From Candidatus Woesearchaeota archaeon (GTDB lineage Archaea > Nanobdellota > Nanobdellia > Woesearchaeales > GW2011-AR9): DNA of 61,792 nt. A model generated the notes under the pieces. It had not been told where the DNA came from. It made no database searches and was given only the letters and a program-made list of their open reading frames with translations. A program made the position numbers and the translations under genes. The stretch spans positions 1 to 61,792 of the forward strand of contig JAHFSP010000005.1 in NCBI GenBank assembly GCA_023265685.1, written 5' to 3'. Shown one piece after another: positions 1 through 9,453 of the stretch (its first letter is position 1; each line of letters opens with the position of its first letter).

Positions 1-72
1 TAAAGACAGTATAAGAGATAAAAATGCTCCAATAGATAGATTAAAGCAATGAGCTAACATCATCTCAAATCA

Positions 73-2607
73 TCATTTCGAGAAAAACTTCCCTAATCCC
101 GTCTGCTCACCTTTACCCAACAACATATCCTCACTATGCCCCAACACATTAAAGATACTCAATACAGCAGGTAAAACTTGATGATGTAAGTAATAATCAG
201 CATCATACTCACCTTCTTTCACATCTTCAACAATACTTGCTCGATCACCAACTGAACCTTGACCTTTAACAATAATATATCGTAAGACCATTCCTGCATG
301 AACTTTCTCGCCACGCTCAACCAACAACCGTGCAACACGAACATGCGGCCCAATAGAACTATATGCGGCAAGTTCACGAGTTAATTGCGTACTAATAACC
401 AACTCTTTAAGAGCCACTCTACCCCCAATCAACTCCGCAATACTCTTCTTGACAAACACCACAGCATCATCTACTTTATCCTTCAAAACAAGTTCCAGCA
501 CTTTCTGTTGCAAATCCTTCGCATACACCGACCAATTACGTCGCACCACCTCAAACCCCGTAATCTTGAGTGTTCCATTTTCCTTAAGCAACGCATACTT
601 CTTCTTCGCACCACGCTCACTCCCTTTCGTGCCTACAAAGATTGCTCGAGGATAATGACCCTCAAATTCTAATTCCATCATCCCCGGTAAAGAAGCATTA
701 ACCTCATCCATAAATCTCAATGCATCTCCAATCTTTTTCAAACCCAAAAGAAAAAAACATGAATCCGTATCACCATACACTACTTCAAAACCATCATGAC
801 GTGCCTGTTCAAGTGTTCGTTGAATATAATATCGCGCATACGCTGTTGTGGATGCAGCACATTCCAAGCAATACCATCGCGCCCCGTAAAATCCCAAATA
901 ACCATAAAATGAATTTGCGAGGATTTTATATGCGTACGAGCGCGCTTCCAAAAAAGCCTCATCTTGCTCTCGACCCGCCACGCGAGCCGCTTTCATATCC
1001 GCTTTTACCTGTGATCGATATCGAATCAAATCCGCCAATACCTGAGGAATAAACCCTGGTTTTGATGAAAACCAATACTCCTCTTTGCCCGGGACATGAA
1101 TCTTTGCTGTTCCATCCTCTACTTTAAACGATTCTGGACCAATGTTATGAGAAGTAATAATTGAGGGATACAGTGAACGAAAATCAAACACAACCACATC
1201 TTTATACAAACCAGGTTTTGGCTCAAAAACAAACGCCCCTTCAATAGACTCATCCATCCTCTCACCAATCTCCTCATCATCGGGTTTGTTAGGAGCAAGA
1301 ACATTAAATCCTATAGCACGATGCAAAATATAACTCTCCACCAACCGACTAAACCGCATCCGAATAACATCAAATGACGGCAACCCCACTATTTTTGTAA
1401 ATTCTTCGATATCAGACCGAAGTTTGAGATACAACCTATAAGTCAGTTTAGTATCCTGAAGGTTATATTCGCAAAACGTTGACAATCGATCAGAACCCTG
1501 ATCCCACAAAATAGAAAGCTCATCTAAATTAACTTCATGTTTCTTCTCACCCAACAACTCTTGTGAAACAGCATTAAGTGAATATGAATCTGTCTTAAGA
1601 TTCTTACCAAAAATATATTTCACGAATTTAAGTAAATCCAAATGTAACATCCCTTTGATACTCACCTCCGTATCGCGTGCTCCCGCTCCACGCCGCTCAT
1701 GAAAGCCTTTTCCATCAGCACCAAAGGTAAACACAACTCCACATTGATGAGCCCTCTCTACAAAATAGGGAAAATCAAATCCATCGGTGAAATAGCCCGT
1801 CACAATATCCGCATCATACGAACACATCAACTCATTAAATCGTTCCAATAACTCTTTCTCCCCAGCCACCGTCTCAACATATTTCAAAGTGTGATGAAAT
1901 TTTTTCCACGTGATAACCTTCTCAAATACTACTCCCGCAGCATCAAAACCATACAAAGCAACCATCAGAATTGGATTAATCCGAGAATCAATCTCCTTTT
2001 TATGAGCATACGTTTCGATATCAATAGCAAGTATTCGTAATGGCACCAGATGAACATCTTTACCCGATACCATCAACACCTGTGTTGCAACAAAATGATG
2101 AACTTTGGAGGAAAGTACAACGAGACGAGAATCTTCTTCTCCCTTACTCTTATCTAATTTTTTCGACTCAATTTCTGCTTCCCATAACACTCCCGGCACT
2201 AACCTCATATCACGAAGATAACGATGAACAAAAAGAATATCTTTTTCATAACAAGCAACGCCCTGCTTCTCAATCTCTTTGGCAATAAGAGGAACCGCTT
2301 TTGGATAATTAGTATATATTTTATAATAGTCTCCAACATGACCAAGGAGTTCTTTCTTAACAATTTCAAACTGCAACACTCGAGCAGCAACTCCTTGTGA
2401 ACCCGATGAAACAGATAAATTCAATAATTTTCTCTCAAAAACGTCTTGCACATTCTGACCATGAGGTACTGTTGCATAAAAGTAAGGAGCATAAGCAACC
2501 CGAACACATACTTTACCATACTTCTCACTACGACCATAAAGCAAAACGAGTACTTTCTCCTTCTCGATAACGTACTCAAAATCATAGGCCACAAATGAGA
2601 GCTTCAT
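73..2607 (-). CDS. polB: Family B DNA polymerase (archaeal, no intein)
   Basis: ExoI DIET, ExoII-like FTDGFDFPY, DFRSLYPSII, KILANSFYGY, YGDTDS, KKKY motifs. Start moved to ATG 2607 because a TATA box lies about 25 nt upstream; the ORF extends to 2640. Confidence 0.96.
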   Translation of the reverse strand: MKLSFVAYDFEYVIEKEKVLVLLYGRSEKYGKVCVRVAYAPYFYATVPHGQNVQDVFERKLLNLSVSSGSQGVAARVLQFEIVKKELLGHVGDYYKIYTNYPKAVPLIAKEIEKQGVACYEKDILFVHRYLRDMRLVPGVLWEAEIESKKLDKSKGEEDSRLVVLSSKVHHFVATQVLMVSGKDVHLVPLRILAIDIETYAHKKEIDSRINPILMVALYGFDAAGVVFEKVITWKKFHHTLKYVETVAGEKELLERFNELMCSYDADIVTGYFTDGFDFPYFVERAHQCGVVFTFGADGKGFHERRGAGARDTEVSIKGMLHLDLLKFVKYIFGKNLKTDSYSLNAVSQELLGEKKHEVNLDELSILWDQGSDRLSTFCEYNLQDTKLTYRLYLKLRSDIEEFTKIVGLPSFDVIRMRFSRLVESYILHRAIGFNVLAPNKPDDEEIGERMDESIEGAFVFEPKPGLYKDVVVFDFRSLYPSIITSHNIGPESFKVEDGTAKIHVPGKEEYWFSSKPGFIPQVLADLIRYRSQVKADMKAARVAGREQDEAFLEARSYAYKILANSFYGYLGFYGARWYCLECAASTTAYARYYIQRTLEQARHDGFEVVYGDTDSCFFLLGLKKIGDALRFMDEVNASLPGMMELEFEGHYPRAIFVGTKGSERGAKKKYALLKENGTLKITGFEVVRRNWSVYAKDLQQKVLELVLKDKVDDAVVFVKKSIAELIGGRVALKELVISTQLTRELAAYSSIGPHVRVARLLVERGEKVHAGMVLRYIIVKGQGSVGDRASIVEDVKEGEYDADYYLHHQVLPAVLSIFNVLGHSEDMLLGKGEQTGLGKFFSK

Positions 2608-2893
2608 TATCATATAACACAGACAATTTTTTATAAACATTCTGGAAAAAATGGTTCTGTAAAAAATATCAAATTTAAAACAGGAGGGGAAAAAGATGTC
2701 AAAAAATACCGCTGAAATTCTGTGCGAAAGATATTTGTCAGAAAAAATCTAAAAATAGACGAGAAAACCTAAGATTTGAATTATGAACCAACTAAAATCT
2801 AAAAATATCAAAAAACTATCCCTTGTGTGTGGTCTCACAATTTTTATATAGGAGAACAACATCATAACAGATTACAAAAAGTGAAAATGTTAT

Positions 2894-4186
2894 ATGGAAC
2901 CAAAAAAATTCTTATTCATTTCGAAAGACGCGCTTATCAGCGACACCGCCTGGCAAATATCTAAAGAAGGTAACGAAGTTAAGTATTTCATTGAAAGTGT
3001 TTCTGAACGTGAAATTGGTGAAGGTTTTGTTGATAAAGTTGACAATTGGGAAAAAGAAGTAGAGTGGGCAGACGTTATCGTCTTTGATGATGTTCTTGGA
3101 CAAGGTGCATTAGCACAAAAGTTACGTGAACAAGGTAAGCGGGTCATTGGAGGAAGTCCCTACACAGATAAACTTGAAGACGACCGTTCATTTGGTCAAG
3201 AAGAACTCAAAAAACACGGTATTGCCATCTTACCGTACGCAGAATTCACCTCTCTTGATACAGCGATTGCGTACGTCAAAGAAAATCCCGGGAAATATGT
3301 AATTAAACCTAGTGGTGAAGCACAAAACAAGAAAGGATTGCTCTTTGTTGGTGAAGAAGATGATGGAGCTGATGTTATTCGCGTTCTTGAATCATATAAT
3401 AAAACACGATCGGATTACATCACTATTGTCCAACTCCAAAAACGAATCACTGGCGTCGAAGTTGCCGTAGGAGCATTCTTTAACGGTCACGAATTTCTCT
3501 ACCCTATTAACATCAATTTCGAGCATAAAAAACTCTTTAATGGCAATCTTGGCCCCTCAACAGGAGAAATGGGAACCAGTATGTTCTGGAGCATGCCTAA
3601 TCGTCTATTCAATTCAACGCTCAAAAAGATCGAAGAGACTCTTAAAAGAGAACAGTATGTAGGATATATCGATCTTAATTGCATCGTCAACGGAAACGGG
3701 ATCTATCCTCTCGAATTTACAGCAAGATTCGGTTACCCCACAATTGCCATTCAACAAGAAGGTCTCAACATGCCCATTGGCGAATTCTTCTATCGTATGG
3801 CCGATGGAGAAAAATTTGAAATCAAAACTAAGAAAGGCTTTCAAGTGGGGGTACGTATCGTCGTTCCCCCATTTCCATTTTATGACGAAGAAACTTTCGA
3901 ATCACACTCCAAAGGCAGTACCATCGTCTTCAAAAAACCAGATTACAACGGAGTTCATATTGAAGACGTACGTCTTATCGACGGAGAATGGGTCGTCACC
4001 GGCCGCACGGGAATAATTCTGATTGTCTGTGGAACAGGACAGTCCATGCGTGAAGCAAAAAAACAAACCTACAACCGCATCCATAACATCCTGATCCCTC
4101 ACATGTATTACCGTACCGACATCAGTGACCGTTGGTACGAAGACAGTGATAAACTCCACAACTGGGGATATCTCAGAGAAGGGTAA
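2894..4186 (+). CDS. PurD-like ATP-grasp ligase (phosphoribosylamine-glycine ligase family, divergent)
   Basis: YVIKPSG, EHKKLF.G.LGPSTGEMG, LEFTARFG.P and YYRTDI resemble PurD; the canonical GSGGREHA N-terminal motif is missing. Confidence 0.75.
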   Translation: MEPKKFLFISKDALISDTAWQISKEGNEVKYFIESVSEREIGEGFVDKVDNWEKEVEWADVIVFDDVLGQGALAQKLREQGKRVIGGSPYTDKLEDDRSFGQEELKKHGIAILPYAEFTSLDTAIAYVKENPGKYVIKPSGEAQNKKGLLFVGEEDDGADVIRVLESYNKTRSDYITIVQLQKRITGVEVAVGAFFNGHEFLYPININFEHKKLFNGNLGPSTGEMGTSMFWSMPNRLFNSTLKKIEETLKREQYVGYIDLNCIVNGNGIYPLEFTARFGYPTIAIQQEGLNMPIGEFFYRMADGEKFEIKTKKGFQVGVRIVVPPFPFYDEETFESHSKGSTIVFKKPDYNGVHIEDVRLIDGEWVVTGRTGIILIVCGTGQSMREAKKQTYNRIHNILIPHMYYRTDISDRWYEDSDKLHNWGYLREG

Positions 4187-4252
4187 GGAAAAGAAGGACA
4201 AAAAGTAACAAAAAAAGCATAGTGACAAACAGTACATGAAGGCGCAATTTCT

Positions 4253-5308
4253 ATGAATTCAAATTCAGTAACAAAAAATCTTCAAAAAGGTAATGAACAT
4301 ATATCTCCTTCTACTAACCATAGTCCAGACTCCAATAGTCCGAACCTCAATAACCCCCGTCCTAATACTACTAACCCCAATACTCAAAAAAAAATCAACC
4401 TGAAAGTTATCAAAGACATCCAGGAATGTCAACAACTCTGGAACAAGTACTCCCCCCACAGAACTCTCTGGGATGAATGGGAAATCGCCCTAGTATTCTA
4501 TGATCCACTCATCAGCGAACCCCATTTTATTCTCGTAGAAGATGAAAATAATATACCTCTAGGTCTGTTCCCATTCATTTTCAAAAAAGAAACTGGCCTC
4601 TATCGTATGTTTGGGGGAGATTACGGAGAAGATTACCTCTTTTGGCTTGATCCAATCCACCTCAACATGATTATCCACCACATCCCAGGAGAAATTAAGA
4701 TTTTTGATATCAATGGCGATGCAGCAAAACAGGCTATCAAGAATGACCCAAAGCTCTCAACATTTCTCACATTTGATGATTACCACTATTTTATTGATCT
4801 TGAAAAATTTCATCATAAACTTGAAGAATATCTTCAAACATTTACCAAAAAACATCGCAAAAACTTTCTCTACGACTTACGTAAAATTCAAGAAACCCCT
4901 TACACATTTCACTGGGAAGGCATCGAACACTACGATGATTTTGTCAAATTTAGTGTAGCCAGGTTCCAAGAAGAATCTGATTTTATCGATGAACATTATG
5001 TCCGTTGTTTCAAAAAACTTCTTACTTTATTACACAAAAAACAAAAACTCCTCACTCTCACCGTCTCTTTAGATGGAATACTCCAAGGTCTTGAATTTGC
5101 CGTTTTCGACAAAGGGATATATTACGTGCTCAATGGAGGGTATAACCCCCAACATCAAAACCTAGGAAAACTCATCATCTTCAAACATCTTGAAAATGCA
5201 ATTAAACTCAAAGCCCAACGTATTGATTTCCTCTCCGGCGACACCGGCTGGAAAAAACTCTGGAACTCTCAAACCGAAGAATACTACTCTCTACGAAAAA
5301 TTTCCTAA
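4253..5308 (+). CDS. GNAT-family protein (Acetyltransf_6/FemAB-like)
   Basis: EEYLQTF.KKHRKN, YYVLNGGY..NLGKLI, IDFLSGD.GWKKLW pattern; low-complexity N-terminus, so the true start may be further downstream. Confidence 0.75.
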   Translation: MNSNSVTKNLQKGNEHISPSTNHSPDSNSPNLNNPRPNTTNPNTQKKINLKVIKDIQECQQLWNKYSPHRTLWDEWEIALVFYDPLISEPHFILVEDENNIPLGLFPFIFKKETGLYRMFGGDYGEDYLFWLDPIHLNMIIHHIPGEIKIFDINGDAAKQAIKNDPKLSTFLTFDDYHYFIDLEKFHHKLEEYLQTFTKKHRKNFLYDLRKIQETPYTFHWEGIEHYDDFVKFSVARFQEESDFIDEHYVRCFKKLLTLLHKKQKLLTLTVSLDGILQGLEFAVFDKGIYYVLNGGYNPQHQNLGKLIIFKHLENAIKLKAQRIDFLSGDTGWKKLWNSQTEEYYSLRKIS

Positions 5309-5401
5309 GAAAGATATAAAACAAAGAGATAAAAAGATGAATAAAAAACTTCCTCCAAAAAGAACAGAACAATCCCAAAAGAGATATTCATCGGCTCCAA
5401 C

Positions 5402-6085
5402 ATGAAAGACCAACAACCCCAATTCAATCTCGAACCTGTAAAAGCCTTCTACACCAAACACCTTCAAAAATATGCAGAAGGCGACATTCGTACCATGGGT
5501 TGGCATGACCAAAAAGAATATTGTATACGATTTGGCGTCATGACAGCATTTGCTGATCTTAAAAACCATTCTCTTCTTGATGTCGGCTGTGGTATCGGCG
5601 GACTCTATGATTATCTCAAAGACAAAGGAACCTCTGTTCAATATCACGGAGTAGATATCATGCCTCAAATGATCGAACGAGCACGCAAGAAATATCCCCA
5701 TTCAACAGTCCAACATTCCAATTTCGCAACTCATCAACCAGCAACCGACCCATCATTCCCAGCACCCACCTTCGAAGTATGTAATATTCTCACCCAAGAT
5801 GTACCACACTATGACTACGTGTTCTGCATTGGAGCACTAAATATAGAATCAGACAACTTCCACGAATTTTTCATGTCTATGCTCAATAAAATGATTAGCA
5901 TTGCCCACAAAGGTGTAGGAATCAATTTTTTGTGTAACAAAGACCGCTTATGTGCAGGCCCATACCATTTCGAAAACCCTCTTGAACTTAAAAAAGAACT
6001 TGAACACAAATATAATGTACGCGTCGTTGTTGACAATGAAGAGTCATTAATCGCCGAATGTTGCTTATTTATCTATAAAGAATAG
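5402..6085 (+). CDS. Class I SAM-dependent methyltransferase
   Basis: LLDVGCGIG motif I, GVDI, YDYVFCIGALN. Confidence 0.88.
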   Translation: MKDQQPQFNLEPVKAFYTKHLQKYAEGDIRTMGWHDQKEYCIRFGVMTAFADLKNHSLLDVGCGIGGLYDYLKDKGTSVQYHGVDIMPQMIERARKKYPHSTVQHSNFATHQPATDPSFPAPTFEVCNILTQDVPHYDYVFCIGALNIESDNFHEFFMSMLNKMISIAHKGVGINFLCNKDRLCAGPYHFENPLELKKELEHKYNVRVVVDNEESLIAECCLFIYKE

Positions 6086-6104
6086 AGAACAGAAATTTAG
6101 GGAT

Positions 6105-6710
6105 TTAGGGTATTCTCTTCAACGACTTAATCAAATAATTAGTTTCTTTCTCTTTTTTGCCACCAGACTCAATTTTACCCCTGTACTGCTCATCAACCTC
6201 ATTAACTCTTCCCTTACTCTCACGACGATTTTCAACATCTCCATGCTTCTCTTCCATTACAGTCGGCTTCTCTTTCAACCCTTCTTTGACAAACGTAATA
6301 GTATCTTTTGAAATTTGAGAAAATAATCTCTCCATCTCATCTTCAGGTAATTGTTTTCCTTCCCATTGTAATGCCAAACCATCATTCTCCATGCGTGGAA
6401 CAATTTCAATGCCAAAATGAGGAACACTTTGGTCAGCCCCCAAACCATTATTGATGATAATATTTGTACCATGACTCCCTAATCCTTCAAAGACCGCTGT
6501 ACTCATTTTTGTTGCCGTATTCACACATTTATTCAAAAGAGCATGTGGTACCAGCTCTAAAATAGTATGATGAACTCGCGGAAACACAACAAGATGCCCA
6601 GGGGTTATCGCCATATCTTTAACTGCTACGACAACATCATTATCTTCAAATAACACTTCTGCTCGACTTTCATGTTGAGCAATATCACAATAATCGCATT
6701 TAGTAGTCAT
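6105..6710 (-). CDS. HIT-family protein, degenerate HIT motif
   Basis: CDYC, PGHLVVFPRVH, NNG..ADQSVPHFGIEIVPR (canonical HxHxH replaced). Confidence 0.85.
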   Translation of the reverse strand: MTTKCDYCDIAQHESRAEVLFEDNDVVVAVKDMAITPGHLVVFPRVHHTILELVPHALLNKCVNTATKMSTAVFEGLGSHGTNIIINNGLGADQSVPHFGIEIVPRMENDGLALQWEGKQLPEDEMERLFSQISKDTITFVKEGLKEKPTVMEEKHGDVENRRESKGRVNEVDEQYRGKIESGGKKEKETNYLIKSLKRIP

Positions 6711-6722
6711 GGTTTCTCTCTT

Positions 6723-7625
6723 TTATTTAAACAAATTCGCAATATCATCTAACGACACATCTTGTTTTGATGTCTGTTTTTTCTGTAATGGCATCGGATC
6801 CTCTACCCCCTCTTCTGACTCATCTTCCACTTCTCTCTCTTTTGATGAGGTAGTACTTGGTATTGTTCCAAAACCTTTTTTCTTATTGCCCACACTTGAA
6901 GCTTTATCTGATTTCTTCACAGCTAATTTCTTCTTCACAACCCCTTTCCCCAACGCTCTTGCAACTTCTTCAGCATCAATTTCACGAAAGGAAGCATCAA
7001 CAGGTGAATGATCCACAGAATTATCCTTAAACGGTGAAACTCGCTCTCGAACGGCACCTATATCCACAATATGTACATCATTACCTTTTCTCTGCCCTTT
7101 TGCACCAGTTTCAAACGCTTTGGCAACCGCAGTAGCCAGAGCCGTACGAACATTTTCAATCATCGTCTTCTCCAACAACTTCTCACGAGCAGCAAGTAAG
7201 CCATCTCCCTCTTTACGTGCGATAACATGAATCAAAAAATGGGCAGAACGCTGTCCAGCAGCCATCCCATTAGCCACAAAAATGGTTGTACCCGTAACAC
7301 GTAGTGTTCGTAACAAAACCTGAGACAATAACTTACTCAATACAAAAAAATGATCCAAATCCGTTTGTTTAACTTGTGGCATGATCGCATAATGCTCTTT
7401 AGGGACCAATAATAAATGCCCTTTTGCCGCTGGATTAATATCAAGAATAACAATAGTACGCTCATCTTCATAGATTTTCTTTGCAGGAATTTTTCCCTGA
7501 ACAATCTGACAGAAAATACATTGTTGCTTTTGCAACGCAGCAAGCTGCTCTGGACTCATTGACTTAATTTTTTCTTCAAGTTCCTTACGCTGTTCAGCCG
7601 TTAATTGAGACACATCCATCATCAA
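6723..7625 (-). CDS. HIT-family protein with C-terminal low-complexity tail
   Basis: CIFCQI, LDINPAAKGHLLLVPKEH, AGQRSAHFLIHVI. Confidence 0.88.
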   Translation of the reverse strand: MMMDVSQLTAEQRKELEEKIKSMSPEQLAALQKQQCIFCQIVQGKIPAKKIYEDERTIVILDINPAAKGHLLLVPKEHYAIMPQVKQTDLDHFFVLSKLLSQVLLRTLRVTGTTIFVANGMAAGQRSAHFLIHVIARKEGDGLLAAREKLLEKTMIENVRTALATAVAKAFETGAKGQRKGNDVHIVDIGAVRERVSPFKDNSVDHSPVDASFREIDAEEVARALGKGVVKKKLAVKKSDKASSVGNKKKGFGTIPSTTSSKEREVEDESEEGVEDPMPLQKKQTSKQDVSLDDIANLFK

Positions 7626-7677
7626 GAGAAATGAGAAAGAGCTTTATAAAATTATAGCCAGCCTAGATGCTACGTAC

Positions 7678-8493
7678 CTATTCAAAAACGTCTTTCACAT
7701 TTCTAAAGTTCATTTTCACTAACGTTGTAGGATCTAGTCCTTTTTTCCTAACCATCTCCAACGCTTCATGTACATGGGTACTTCCCTTCGGCACAATAAA
7801 ACCCGCCCGACCTGAAATAAATCGTAACTGCTCAAGACCCGCAACTCGAGCAATAATTGATGCAGCAGCAACTTCAAGATACCGACTATCCGCCTTCTCC
7901 TCAATAACATCACCCACTAAACAACCAGGAAATTTATCGACAATATGAGTACCAGAACCCAACGCCACAGCGCATTCTTTATGTAACCTATTAAGCAGAA
8001 GTGTCTGATTAGTGTGAGCGTTATACTCCTCTGGGAGAATACTTCGTACCTCACATGCCGCAACCTCTTTGATTTTACGAGCCAGAGGAACCATCTCTTC
8101 ATCACGTAATTTCTTAGAATCATTCACGCCCATCTCCAACAACTTCGTACGCGCTGCTGCATCTGCTTTAACCGCAGCCACTACAATTCCCCCAAACGTA
8201 TCTCCTTTAAGCGTCTCATCGCTCCCAATAACCCATCCCGTTTCTTTTTCCAGTTCGAACACAGGTGCATCTTGAGTAAAACCCTGCTTAAGAAAAAGAG
8301 TACTAACCTTTGCAACCGCATCTTGTTTACCTTGTATCAACAATTTTCCAGAAGCGTATAAAACGCAACTAACACCCATCCCCTCAAGACGAGTGATTTC
8401 ATGTCCCGTTTTAAGAGGCTGTGAAACAAAACCATGCATACGCAGAAAAGCCAAACTTTTTGTATCAACGTGAATAAAAACAACCATATTCAT
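7678..8493 (-). CDS. rnhC: Ribonuclease HIII-like (N-terminal TBP-like domain plus RNase H)
   Basis: VLYASGKLLIQGK N-terminal signature; IGSDE.LKGD.FG, GVNDSKKL, KADSRYLEVAAASIIAR, PKGS. Confidence 0.85.
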   Translation of the reverse strand: MNMVVFIHVDTKSLAFLRMHGFVSQPLKTGHEITRLEGMGVSCVLYASGKLLIQGKQDAVAKVSTLFLKQGFTQDAPVFELEKETGWVIGSDETLKGDTFGGIVVAAVKADAAARTKLLEMGVNDSKKLRDEEMVPLARKIKEVAACEVRSILPEEYNAHTNQTLLLNRLHKECAVALGSGTHIVDKFPGCLVGDVIEEKADSRYLEVAAASIIARVAGLEQLRFISGRAGFIVPKGSTHVHEALEMVRKKGLDPTTLVKMNFRNVKDVFE

Positions 8494-8588
8494 CTCCCTC
8501 TTCTATATCGTCTTTGCTAAACATCAATACTAAAACAAATATCATTAATAAATATTCTTTCTAACCATACTTATTTTCATCATTTCCA

Positions 8589-9407
8589 TCACTTCCCTTC
8601 GAAATCCCCAAGACTTTTCTGTCTTTTTGCTTCTTCAATTCTCTTATAAGATTGCCAGCGTGTTCGAAAAAGACCCGGAAATTTGTCATGATGCGCAGCA
8701 AGAAATCGCTGGGTTTTTGGATCTGACGTATACCCTGAACCAAAATCAATACCAATCTCACGTTTAAGTCGATCAATCCAGCGATCACGCATGACCTTAG
8801 CCACAATCGATGCCGCACTAACAACCAGGTGATTGACATCTGCTTTATGTTCAACCACCAAAACAATCGAATCATGTAACGGAGGAGGTATTTTATCATG
8901 GAAATATTTCTTGTACGATTCAATATTCACACTTGGACAATCAATGATAGCTTTGTCTGGTGCAAGCTCGCTAACCATTCGTGAACTCGTATCTGCCTCC
9001 AGCCAGTTCAAATTTGATTCAGACAACGACAAGTCAATCGCATCAGGTTCGATAACCTCTACTCGAAAATCATGTACAACCTCTCGCAACCTTTCAAAAA
9101 GATCCTCGCGTACTTCAGAACTAAGTTGCTTGCTATCTTTAACCCCTAACCACGCCAGTTTTTGAATCTCCTCCTCTTTAAATGCCAGTGCTGCCATCAC
9201 CATCGGACCCAATACAGGACCACGACCAGCTTCATCAACACCTACAATGATTTGAGAACGTTGAGAAGACACAGGAGAAGAAGAAAGAGAAGACCCCTCC
9301 TTTTTTGTACGTGTTGAAGCTTTATCTTCAGACAATACCGGTGCTGATTTTATATTCTTCAACCTAGAAAAAACAGTCTCGGGAATTATAGCTTTGCGTA
9401 TAGCCAT
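8589..9407 (-). CDS. rnhB: Ribonuclease HII
   Basis: GVDEAGRGPVLGPMV, GVKDSK, EHKAD, AASIVAKV.RD, GSGYTSDP. Confidence 0.95.
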   Translation of the reverse strand: MAIRKAIIPETVFSRLKNIKSAPVLSEDKASTRTKKEGSSLSSSPVSSQRSQIIVGVDEAGRGPVLGPMVMAALAFKEEEIQKLAWLGVKDSKQLSSEVREDLFERLREVVHDFRVEVIEPDAIDLSLSESNLNWLEADTSSRMVSELAPDKAIIDCPSVNIESYKKYFHDKIPPPLHDSIVLVVEHKADVNHLVVSAASIVAKVMRDRWIDRLKREIGIDFGSGYTSDPKTQRFLAAHHDKFPGLFRTRWQSYKRIEEAKRQKSLGDFEGK

Positions 9408-9453
9408 ATAAAGCTAAATGTGAAGAGCAATTATATACTTTACTCTAAAAAAA

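Noticed and set aside
73-2607. Intein or split in PolB
   Set aside because: All motifs are contiguous at normal spacing; LonB likewise.
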